Shown piece after piece: positions 38,701 through 48,800 of a stretch of 64,000 nt of DNA (positions within the stretch are counted from its first letter, which is position 1; each line of letters opens with the position of its first letter). The position numbers and the translations under genes are program-made. The stretch is from Oopsacas minuta (Eukaryota; Animalia; Porifera): contig JAKMXF010000221.1 in the NCBI GenBank assembly GCA_024704765.1, positions 558,001 through 622,000 of the forward strand, read 5' to 3'. Below the pieces are notes generated by a model. It saw only the letters and a program-made list of their open reading frames with translations, made no database searches and had not been told where the DNA came from.

Positions 38701-39751
38701 TAGCTACACCCCTTATGTCCAGTTTCCATGGTTACCTCGTTGGTATTTAGCTACACCCCTTATGTCCAGTTTCCATGGTTACCTCGTTGGTATTGGCTAC
38801 ACCCCTTATGTCCAGTTTCCATGGTTACCTCGTTGGTATTTGGCTACACCCCTTATGTCCAGTTTCCATGGTTACCTCGTTGGTATTGGCTACACCCCTT
38901 ATGTCCAGTTTCCATGGTTACCTCGTTGGTATTGGCTACACCCCTTATGTCCAGTTTCCATGGTTACCTCGTTGGTATTGGCTACACCCCTTATGTCCCA
39001 GTTTCCATATTTGTAATTTACTTATAAAAAGTGTTTAATAATGAAAATATACAAACATGAAAATATGAAATCTAGGGTTATGTGTATAGTTCCAGTAAGG
39101 TTTTGGAGAGTGGAAAACGAGAATACATTTCTTGACACCTCTGTAGACTCATTTACATAGCTTACATAGCTTAAGACAATAAGAAATTACAATTACGAAT
39201 CCCATGAAAATCCAAGACAAAACATTTAGTGTACAATACACACCGAACATAGCAATTACTACAATACCTCCCGCGTCTGGACTACTCTCTTCCTCTTGTG
39301 TATTAACGAGTACAAATTGCATGGTTACCAACAAGGATAGTAGGAATGTAGTTAACCAAATCTTCATATTGGGGACTTGTACCTTTTAATTGTTAGCTAG
39401 TTTAAAAGGTCAAGGGACAGTGATAATTACTTAGATATAACCAATGGAATATATGTTACTCTGACGGTTTGGGACCATATTTGTACAATCTAACACTTCA
39501 ATTTTTAAGCGGGTATTTCTATATAACGAGAGCTATTTGTTCTAGAAAATGCAACAGACCAGATCTCCGATCTAAAAATACTCCTCAGTCAACAACAGAC
39601 TTCTATTGAACAGATTAAACAGAGTCTGAGCCGTATGAAGAGTGAAATAGTAGGTGAGAGGAGGGAGTATACCCCTGAGGGCGAGGGGGTAGTCTGCGAG
39701 CAAGATATAGAAGGCTCTTATGAGGATACACAACCACATACCTCTGTCTAG
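32712..39751 (+). CDS. Ankyrin-repeat TRP cation channel (TRPA/TRPV-like), ~809 aa
   Basis: Exons 32712-32861, 33054-33366, 33834-34001, 34516-34667, 35010-35271, 35449-36455, 36898-37069 and 39546-39751 total 2430 nt with no stop before the end. Ankyrin repeats (TPLHLAA, TPLHVAV, TPLIIA), HPTVRVIVDKK pre-S1, six TM segments, LNIFIAQVTDTY after S6, and a C-terminal coiled coil. The last exon is supported only by phase and composition. Confidence 0.85.
34056..34206. mobile_element. Tc1/mariner-type MITE, TA TSD
   Basis: TIRs CAGTGGAGCTCCCAAAACGGACAC / GTGTCCGTTACTCGGAGACTCTACTG; TA at 34054-34055 and 34207-34208. Confidence 0.8.
37306..37635 (-). CDS. Small signal-peptide + Cys-rich single-pass membrane protein (109 aa), nested in TRP intron
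   Basis: Signal peptide MKIWLATFLLSILVTMQFVLVNA, acidic QEEESS, long hydrophobic segment with Cys, then basic RRIRRSRR. Paralog at 39149-39367. Confidence 0.7.
   Translation of the reverse strand: MKIWLATFLLSILVTMQFVLVNAQEEESSRGVSIVVIIAVVVACCVVDVGGCVCPVILWDILFFLLWGRRIRRSRRNCISSLLPNLHRPYSNHLSLNFYLIYLYSILDP
37893..38207 (-). CDS. Small transmembrane adaptor-like protein (104 aa), nested in TRP intron
   Basis: Signal peptide ending VKG, almost no ectodomain, TM segment, and a cytoplasmic tail with IYEKM and TYDMA. Confidence 0.65.
   Translation of the reverse strand: MKLSVIIFIIFALYFEGVKGNGGEVIGYVSAGITGCSILMCGLSGLTVLCRSFCGTKDKPVTQVKNGPIQAPAGPIYEKMGVPLVPTGPKEDRTYDMARMEANL
38526..39008. repeat. 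46-47 bp minisatellite, about 10 copies
   Basis: Unit TATGTCCAGTTTCCATGGTTACCTCGTTGGTATT(TAG/GG/TGG)CTACACCCCT; accounts for the repetitive ORFs at 38517-39038. Confidence 0.97.
39149..39367 (-). CDS. Small signal-peptide single-pass membrane protein (72 aa), paralog of 37306-37635
   Basis: First 29 aa nearly identical to the paralog (MKIWLTTFLLSLLVTMQFVLVNTQEEESS), then a TM segment and the Cys/Lys tail CLKLCKLCK. Confidence 0.7.
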   Translation of the reverse strand: MKIWLTTFLLSLLVTMQFVLVNTQEEESSPDAGGIVVIAMFGVYCTLNVLSWIFMGFVIVISYCLKLCKLCK

Positions 39752-40008
39752 CTTAGCAACCATAGTGTGCATTCGTTATATAATTGCTCTGTAGAGCTCG
39801 TTATTATTTAACACACATCAGCTGTTTAGTTATTTATTTGTGTTAATTATTGAGTTTATTAAATAACAATAATATGGTCCCTTCTCCCCTATATGAGGAC
39901 AGGGGTGTGTGATAAGTTCCTAACCCCTGTGAGTGAAAAATGTGAAACAATTCATTGAAAGAATTTTCATAAAATAATATTTCGAATATTTGTATAAAAT
40001 GTAGAAAG

Positions 40009-41896
40009 TTAAGATTTATAATAAGAGAAAATGTAAGGTTGAGTTAAAGTGAAACTGTAACTGGAACCAACTGGGCAGGCAGTAGCAGGTCTGTTGGAAC
40101 TTAGGAGATTGTTTAGCAATTCTGAAGATAATTCTGATTGTGACATTCCATCTTGCCCTCTCCGTATCCCTGTTGCAGCTCGTCCACCTGATGAACCAGG
40201 TTGGGTCCCAGAAGACAAAGAGTCCGCCTCTATATCCCCCTTACCGGTGTCCCCTCGCCCCCTATGGTATCTATGTCCTGTATCAATAATTTCTATACCC
40301 ATATCTCCAGTAGAATATGTTTCCTTGTTCCTGTTATGGAATGTGTTAGTGTCAGATTCATTGTGTCCTTCTAAAGTTGTGTTAAATTGTCTCCCTCGAT
40401 GTGCCTCCCCTCCCTCTCTTCCCTCAGCTCCTGTGTGGACATTAGACTCATTTTGTGTCGCTTTGGACATATTTTCATTTTTCACACCTCGAGATCTACT
40501 AGAGCTCTCCCTCCCCTCTTGTCCAGATCCACTCTCCTCTGTACCGCTCCCCTCCCCCTCTCTCTTACCCCTCCCCTTCCTACCCGTTCGTCTCTTCCTG
40601 GTCCTATCCTCGGTTCCAGTTCCATCGGGATCAGAATCCGTCTCTGAATAACTGAACCCATCACTTCCTTTCCCTTGTCCCTTTCTCTCCCCTCTACGTC
40701 TCCTGCCTCCACTCGTTGTACCTCCTGTCCCCTGTCCGACACCCCCTGCACCATGTCTCCCCTCTTTTGATCCTATCCCCACTCCCTGACTACCAGAATT
40801 CAATATGGAATGTGAACTATCTAAGTTAGTTCCTATTCCATCTTGTGTAAACTCGTCTCTTATAATATCATGATCACATTGGTTGGAGAATTTGTTTGTG
40901 TTTTGTTTGTTTTGTTGCTCTAACTCTTTTGAAGTAGAAGTGTTAACCAATGAGCTGTCATCCTCTTGCCCAGAGGACAATCTATTTCCGGTTTTCACAC
41001 CTTTTTTCTTGGTTACATCATTGGATTCAATATTATCGTCTCCACCAATAAAATCGCTCTCTCCCTCTCCTAACTGTGTGTTTATTCCGGAAGTTGTTGT
41101 CTTAGTTGTTGTGTTATATTTGTTTGTATTTACTTCTGTTTCTGCCCTCCTGTGTTGAGGGAGAGGACTCCTGCTTCCTCCTCCTCTAGGGTGTCTAGAC
41201 CTAGGGGAACCTGCCGGATCCTTATCGGCCTTACCTCGCTTCAAAATATTCTCTCTAAAATTACATAATTGTTTATATCTTTATATTCATAAAAACAACA
41301 AACAAACAAACAAACAAACACAAATACCTCCTCAATCTCTCTGTCTCTTCATCACATAGCTCATCAGTTAGCCCGTAGAAATGGTCCCTACACCGGCTAC
41401 AATGAAAATCAGGTATCTTGACCTCTCCCTTGGTCCAATCCTGTTGTGCTGTCTATAATATATGAGATAATTATTTGTTCAGCGTATGAAAGGTGTCAAT
41501 AACTGGAACTATCTCACCTGATCCCCTGTAGTTAAGCTCTGTGAAGTTAACATTCCTTGTAGAGCTATTCTCTTCTCTCCCACACTCTCCACTTCATCTC
41601 CAACTAGTTTCTCCAATTCGCCAGGTGGTAGCTCCGTCTCTGGTACTTCCTGAGCTTTCCACCTAGAAACAAACAAACAAAAAGATCTCCTTGTAAACAA
41701 TATGTTATTTCAGCGGTTCCCAACCTTATCACCCGTGCACCCCCCTATATCAATTATAACACCTTCTGTGGACCCCAGGTTGGTTACAGCTGTGTTATCT
41801 GTTTGTTGTTATTTACCCTTGTGCTATTGTTTTCTTTAGGTAAACATTTGAGGAGAGGGGTCTGCCCTTAGCTGATAGGGCTGTCCTTGGTACTTC
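40009..41896 (-). CDS. Multi-exon gene of unknown function with large G/E/R/S low-complexity terminal exon (3' part)
   Basis: Phase-consistent exons 41896-41817, 41662-41518, about 41451-41328 and 41254-40009. No start exon lies between it and the kinesin stop. A candidate upstream exon at 45004-44864 joins in phase 0. Confidence 0.55.
41711..41792. mobile_element. hAT MITE family A, internally deleted
   Basis: CAGCGGTTCCCAACCT ... AGGTTGGTTACAGCTG; flanks TGTTATTT / TGTTATCT (7/8). Confidence 0.75.
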
Positions 41897-42126
41897 CTAT
41901 CGAATAAAAATTATGATTATTATTATTATTAATTCAATTATATCCGAGCCAGTAGGGTCCCACCATTCCAAAGTCCCAAATGCGTAACTACACCTCCAGA
42001 TTAATCAAATAACCACTCAAAAGGTGTGACAATGAACAGATATATCTTAATACTACACAATAATTATCTCAATAGTTTTTACTACACCAGTACAGTTTAG
42101 TGTGTACATAACAACCAAAAGAGACA

Positions 42127-44292
42127 TTAGATATGCAACCGTTTAACACGTTTGCTTGCTGTCTCTTCAGCTGTCAATCTTTGTTTGAATTCGTCTAATA
42201 TACCCTGTTGGACGTTAAGATTCTCTTTTTGTTTTTCTAATATTTGTGTAAGATTTTGGACGTACTGGTCGACAGGGAAATCGGGATTCTCCGCCCGTTC
42301 GTATAGCTCAGCTTTATGGCGCGTGAATTCCTGCTCTGTTGCTAGGTTTTTATTATTGTAACTTAGGAATTCATCGTACATCTCTACTACATCCTGCATG
42401 GCCTCATGGAATTGTATTACATCCTCTGAAGACTTGTTTTGTACTTCAAGGGTCTGTATGAGATCATTCTTACTTGTGGAGTCTTTGTACTCGTGAGGCG
42501 GCGCATTGTGGCTCGCATGACCGCCACCATCAAGTGGAGCAAGCTCTTTAACCCTGTCGGCATACCGGAGGGTGTTTAGCGTGTTCTCTACAGAGCCCAG
42601 ACCTGGACTAACCATGGCTATCATACATGTTCTAGAATTATCACCGATAAATGAATCTTTTAAGACGAGAGTGAGTTTACTAGCTCGGAAGGGGAGATGT
42701 GCTCCTCTCCTCCCGAGGGCTCGGATACACTCCTTAAGGGCCAGGAGACTCTTGTTTATTTCTGCCCCCTCCATCCGGGTCTGTCTGTCAGAGTTCGCCG
42801 TATCAGCTCCCCTCTCGTTGCCTGCTAGATCGATTAGAGATAGTTTCCCGTGGAGACGACCGGATGGTTTTCTTAGGATAATCTGGAATACCGCATGGGA
42901 GCGAGAGGACTGTTGGTTAACAGCAGTCTTACCGCTTGTACGTAGCGTGTTACCCTGTGAGATTAGCCTTAACACCTCTCCAGGGGACGATACCCTCTCC
43001 TCCTCTAGACCAACTACCTGGACCTGTTGCTTACCGTCTTCTAGGATTTGTAGACGCTTCCGTTCGTTTAAGAGGTCGTATAACTTCCCCGAGTATATCT
43101 CAAAATAGGAACATAAGGGGATGAGATCACCGCTACCCCCTGCCCCATGGTCCAACAGCCGGAACACGTCCTGTGTCGCCAGAGCGTAAATGCCATTTGA
43201 AGGGTCTTGCTCACCGTTACAGGAGAACTGTCCTGACATGGTGTGGGTCTTTCCTGACCCGGTTTGTCCGTAAGCGAAGCAGGTAGCCATTCCTTTCTCA
43301 AATATGCTCTCCACCAGGGGTGCAGCAGTGTACCTATACACGGTCTCATTATTAGTGGTCTCATCGAATGCGTAATCGAATCGGAATGCGTGGTTGTCAA
43401 GGTACTTGGTGAGGTCAACTTTATGTTTTGGTTCGTGTACATACATAACTTCACAGTTTGGAATGCTGACTACGTTTAGAGTGCGGGCACGAGTCTCTTT
43501 TTGATTGAGAGGTCTCTTTCTGACACAGACGGAGATTCGGTGGTGTGTGGCTGGTTCGGACGGGTCGAAAGGTTTGAATACAAGCTTGGATCTGTACTCT
43601 TGCATCATTCTTAAAATGTCCCCCTGAGGGTGTGCCGGTTCGACCAGTTTCTTCTGGATATGAGACACTCTCCTCTCCTCTCTGTTTCTCTGGATGCGGT
43701 CTACCTCTCTGGCACAGTTGGAACGGCGTTTGAAACCTGCTCGCTTCTTGTCCTGAGGACTAGAGGGTGCAGGAAGTGCCGACTCGTTGTCCTCCATCTC
43801 AGATATCGGAGAGGGCAGTCTCCGCCCGTGTGATGAAGCAGGGGCTATGGGAATAAGGGACCGGTTTAGCTGTCGATCTGAAGGGGGTCTTGATATGATT
43901 GATAAATTAGATTCCGATACAGCGGGTTGTAGTTGGGGAGCGGGGTGTCTTGAGCTACGAAGCTGTCTGTCAGACCGAAATATCTCCGGATGCGCGACCC
44001 GGGCTTTTGGGATCGACGGCTGTACGAAAGACTCTTGTTCCATGGCAGTTGCGGTCTCTAGGACACCGGATGTACCTTCTTGGGTCTGTGGTAAGGAAAT
44101 ATTTGTGTTGAGGGACAGGATTGAGTCAATATCGACCTCCTTCCCCTTGGCTTGATTGTTCTCCTGCCATTCCACCGCGACAGATTTGGTCTGCCAATCT
44201 ACTGTCTTAACCAGTGCCAAATGTACTCTCCCATTGCTTCTCTGTATCCTCACCTCCATGCCTTCAATTAGCTCATACGCAGGAACACTCAT
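42127..44292 (-). CDS. KIF2A: Kinesin-13 microtubule depolymerase (KIF2A/KIF2C-like), intronless
   Basis: N-terminal IQRSNGRVH..VEW..KGKE domain, neck, KVDLTKY, GQTGSGKT, SSRSHA, DLAGNE and KEC motifs. Confidence 0.95.
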   Translation of the reverse strand: MSVPAYELIEGMEVRIQRSNGRVHLALVKTVDWQTKSVAVEWQENNQAKGKEVDIDSILSLNTNISLPQTQEGTSGVLETATAMEQESFVQPSIPKARVAHPEIFRSDRQLRSSRHPAPQLQPAVSESNLSIISRPPSDRQLNRSLIPIAPASSHGRRLPSPISEMEDNESALPAPSSPQDKKRAGFKRRSNCAREVDRIQRNREERRVSHIQKKLVEPAHPQGDILRMMQEYRSKLVFKPFDPSEPATHHRISVCVRKRPLNQKETRARTLNVVSIPNCEVMYVHEPKHKVDLTKYLDNHAFRFDYAFDETTNNETVYRYTAAPLVESIFEKGMATCFAYGQTGSGKTHTMSGQFSCNGEQDPSNGIYALATQDVFRLLDHGAGGSGDLIPLCSYFEIYSGKLYDLLNERKRLQILEDGKQQVQVVGLEEERVSSPGEVLRLISQGNTLRTSGKTAVNQQSSRSHAVFQIILRKPSGRLHGKLSLIDLAGNERGADTANSDRQTRMEGAEINKSLLALKECIRALGRRGAHLPFRASKLTLVLKDSFIGDNSRTCMIAMVSPGLGSVENTLNTLRYADRVKELAPLDGGGHASHNAPPHEYKDSTSKNDLIQTLEVQNKSSEDVIQFHEAMQDVVEMYDEFLSYNNKNLATEQEFTRHKAELYERAENPDFPVDQYVQNLTQILEKQKENLNVQQGILDEFKQRLTAEETASKRVKRLHI

Positions 44293-44863
44293 TTCTAATT
44301 AAACTAATAAAAAGGTGTTAAAGACTGGAACTATTGTCATTTGGTAAGTAAATACATACAAATAAATTTGTCTATAGCAACCACTTGTGCCATTTGGATT
44401 GTGGCAGTGATAGTGTCATAATGAATCGTAATTCGTAAACAAGTAAACAAATAGCTAATGGATAGTTCAGGTCTGTTGCATTTGGTTGTGTATAATATAC
44501 AAAAGTAAACAAATATTCGGACAGGAGTAAACAGGAATTGATAAACAAATATTTACTCACAAGATAGTTCCTATTATTAGAGGAGGTACAAGGGACTAGG
44601 GGGCTAAAATTAGACACGTAGAGTACCATGTTTACTAGAATAGTATCCCAAGTGATTATTAATATTTTGTTACCCTTAGGGGATCATTAATTAACAGAGA
44701 TCCAAGAGGGGGCAATTATAGAGTAAATAAGTAATATAGAAAATTCGTATAATTGGAACCATGGAATTAAATTTTGTTAAACTGGAACTATCTCACAATA
44801 ATACTGACTGATTACTCAGATAGTTCCAATTAATAGGAACTATGTTAACAACTAATTACTCAC

Positions 44864-45004
44864 TAGTTGTTCCTGTGAGTCCACACACTGTCTAGAAGAT
44901 TGAGTAAGAGAATTGATTGGCTTAGAACTGCTTCCCCATCTCTTAGCTGAGGGGACACGGGGTACCTTGACAGGGGTCGGGGAGGGAGAGGACACGAGAG
45001 ACTT
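44864..45004 (-). CDS. Candidate coding exon of the gene continuing at 41896
   Basis: Acceptor TTTTTAG and donor GTGAGT; 47 open codons KSLVSSPSPTPVKVPRVPSAKRWG...QEQL, phase 0-0. Confidence 0.45.
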
Positions 45005-45319
45005 CTAAAAACAAATATTTATTATAACAATAATTGAATTGCCACAAATTTGTTTACTTACATTATCCATTTGTTGTTGAGTTTATTTGTGTTTACTATA
45101 ACTAAAATACATTTTGTAATATATCCATGGTATGGATTGGTGCTAATTAGAAAGTCCCGAGGGGGCAAATGGTGTATGGGTCCCTCCGGACTATGGACAC
45201 AATTGATCCCCAAACAAACAAATATTTACATATGAGAGTTATAATAATAAATAATAACAAACACAAATAAATACATGCAAATGATGATGACCAATCAAAT
45301 TACAGCTTGTTATCCATGT

Positions 45320-45661
45320 TTAAAAATATGAAGGAGGAGGGGTGTCGGACAGATTTTGCTCTCTACAGGACGGAACACGGCTCAAAACAGACCAAGTATC
45401 AACCAACACATAATTTGGGAGACATGGGGTGATTGAGTTGATTGTTCCTTTCGTGAAGGGGGGTGCAGTTGGACGAATTTGCCCCCTTGGACTCTGAAGG
45501 GTGCTGGAATTGGACAGGAGGCCATATTCTAGGTCCAAGGCCTTATGCCCCCTCTCAACCCGGATGAGAACATAAATGCAAACCGCAAGAATCGGAAGTG
45601 AAACTAAAATGAATATAATTAGCATAACTAATATCCAAATTAGTCCTGTGATGTCTCCCAT
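45320..45661 (-). CDS. Small type III membrane protein with PTAP and PPxY motifs (113 aa)
   Basis: N-terminal TM segment (res. ~7-33), RPTAPP, and C-terminal TPPPSYF. Confidence 0.65.
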   Translation of the reverse strand: MGDITGLIWILVMLIIFILVSLPILAVCIYVLIRVERGHKALDLEYGLLSNSSTLQSPRGQIRPTAPPFTKGTINSITPCLPNYVLVDTWSVLSRVPSCREQNLSDTPPPSYF

Positions 45662-45872
45662 GATTATTGAATGAATTACAGACGTTGATGGCCAATCAGA
45701 TTACAGTCTGTTGTGACTATTTAAAGTGGCTTTCATATAAATATGCATTCGTTAATTTTATTCACTTTTTCGTGACAAAACTAAACAAATTTAAATATTC
45801 TATATTCATATGTGTATAACAAAAGCAAACAAATAATATCATAAAAACAACAAAATATATTCTCCAAACAAT

Positions 45873-48800
45873 TTAATTTGAATAAGGATCTGATGAGTTA
45901 TAAACTGGAACTGAATCTGGATTAGTTCCGGTATCAGTTGGGTATGTCATGATTGGTTGAGTATAGGTGTCAAGAGGGAGGAGTCCATACCCTTGTTCTG
46001 AATCTAAATAAAAACAAATAATAAAGTCTGTAAATAATCGTGTTAGACATTTGAAAGTGTCAGAATCGGATTCTTCGTCCCTGTTTACCCCTAATTAGCA
46101 GGTGAGAGCTAATCTCTAGGATAATTTTGAAATATTAACCAAAAGGTGTGAAAATATGATTAATCTCTAAATTGTATAATACGTATAAACACACCTTAGA
46201 TTAATCATATGATAAATGAGTGTATTTACAGTTAACATAGTGGTTGACCAATAGAATTACCGTCTACGAATCAAGAGTCCCAGAATTATCCCTCTAATCA
46301 ACTAGCTACTCATTCAATAAGGAACTATAGTTTAAATAGAACAGTCATAGTTTCAGTTCTAATTAGATTAATAAATTATATACCAGGAGATAGTTAATTA
46401 CAAGAAAATTGTTAGCCCAATTGGGACTAAATGGTCCCAAAGTGATCCCTGGGGCATGGAATTTCAAAATGATAGTAGGTTACAAAAAGGTGAAGAGGAG
46501 TGACACAGGGAGGGAGGTGTCAATTTCTGAACTTTTGTAAGGTTTGAAAGGTCTCAAATATGTATGTGACAAATACAGTCAGGTTTCTGTCAAGTATTAC
46601 ATCAATTAGGGAGACAAAGGCTATCATCTACAAAGCAGTGATTGAAGCAACTTTAGAATTTTTATCAGTGAAATGCGATAAACTTCAAATATAAAATATG
46701 GACATATTTAAGCTCGAGTCAATTGGTCTAACTACAAAATTAATAGTCTACATGTCGCCTCACAGCTGTGTAGTAATACTTAATTAATTAACCTAACCAA
46801 TCAAGTTGTCGCCTCAAATACTGTGAATTACAGAATTCTATTTATATTAAAATAACATTAGCCTACACATCCTGGGTAAACCCTCAAATCTGATTGGATT
46901 ACAGGTGCGTAGGAGGAATCTACAACAGGAAGAACTGAATGATAGTAGATGGTGACAAACAGCTGTCTCTTCTGCCTTAATTAAAATGCTAGTTAACCCT
47001 TGATAAGACATTTGTAACGATTTGAAATATCGCATAAATTAGCGGTTCCCAACATTTTCACTCATAGGCCCCCAATAACAATTTTAACACATTCTGTCAG
47101 GCCCTCCCATTGATAGACTGTAGCTGTAATGCACGTTTTGAGATCCCTGCTGTTGACCTTGGACCACCAAGGAGTCCATGAACCCAAGAGTTTGGGACAC
47201 AGCTGGCTTAGATATCAAATCTTCACTAATATTTTAACCAATAGAAAATCATTCTACACATACTGGGTAATCCCTCAAATCTGATAGGTCAAACTAAATA
47301 TTTATGAATCTACCTTAGAGATGGATATTTGTACCCTAGCAACCACCAAATTATGTAATTTTTCTGCTGTTAACAGTGATTATAGAGATCAAGTTCTCAT
47401 TAATTTTGGTTAATCGAAGTCGCCGTGATAACTACTTCAATATAATCAAATAAATATGTTACTTTGACGGTTTGGGACCATATTTGTACAATCTCACACT
47501 TCAACATTATCGGGTATTTTCAATATAATGGGAGTTGACTGTACGTATTAAAGTATACTCACGGGATGTAGAACACTTTCCTAGGTAAGCAGGCCTCAAC
47601 TTTTCATGTATAATACACCCGTATATATTCATTTGACACTTATTCGAATAACTTTTCCCATTTGAAGCACACCAGGGTCTATCCGAGTATCTTCCTGCAC
47701 AAGTCTGCATTCCAGAACATTTGTAGGCCTGTTTCCAAGCCTTCTTTATATTTCCACTTTTGCTGACATGCATTACAAAGTCACAATTTCTCCTGTCCCT
47801 ACAGTACCCTACAAACAAATAACATATCATAGGTGCAAGCTGGTAACTAGGGTGTTTTATCTATCAGCCAATCATTTACACACTCAGATAGGCATTTATA
47901 TCACAGTATACACTCTAATCTAATTGGGTGATACATTTTGTCACCTTTCTCAGAGAAGGTGTTAGATTTCGGTTAGGTATTTTTATATGTTATAAATTAT
48001 ACCACTTCGCACCTGGGCACAAAAATTCGAGTTTGTAGCTCTAACCAATTTTCCAATAAACAAATTTGTAATAATTCCTTACTATTGTTAACACAGTAAC
48101 TAAGAGGTTGAGTTGAAATATGTAATCCCTTCAAACAAGCATATCTTTCCATCTCACAAACATTCTTATACACCATTCCGTTGCTACCACATACAGGAAG
48201 TACACGTTTCCTTTGACAGGTGCTGAGACAGGCAACTGCTATACAAATAAAAGTATAAATACAATGTACTCTCAAGGTTAATGCGAATGTCCGAACAGAT
48301 GCTCACACTAATGCAATTTCGGACAGATTTTGACCGTCCGTTGCGTTGGTGTTTTCATCTTAACGAGGTTCATTTGAATTTTCTGGCTGTTTTCTACAGA
48401 ACATGCACAATCTACATATGATTCATTTGTCAAAATGGTAACCTTTAGCGCACTCGTGTACCCGTGGGCAATCAGGTACACGAGTGTGTTATGTGTTCTC
48501 ATTTGGACAATTGAATAATATGTAGATTGAACAATGAGAGGATATGCAATGTAGAAGATTTGACCCAAGGGGACAGCATTATCCCCAGCTGATTGGGGTT
48601 ATCATTAGGAAGGAATGCTCATCACAAAAAATTCATACAAAGTTTTCTGATTCTTAGATTATTCAAAATATTCATTATCGCTGTAGAAAACAGGTTTCTT
48701 AATTGTGTCACGTCAACAACACCAAGTGGCGCTGTGACAGTATAGTGCGAAATAGTGTCGGTCTAACTTTGAATCAAAGACAGATTGCGCGCGCCAATGA

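Noticed and set aside
38517-39038. Repetitive ORFs (TPYVQFPWLPRWY...) and a possible CRISPR array
   Set aside because: Products of the 46-47 bp minisatellite; unit lengths shift the frame and there are no spacers.
46847-47035. 62-aa - strand ORF ending PIRFEGLPRM, similar to ORF ends at 100-375 and elsewhere
   Set aside because: The shared PIRFEG peptide is the translation of the family B repeat (CCAATCAGATTTGAGGG), not a protein motif.
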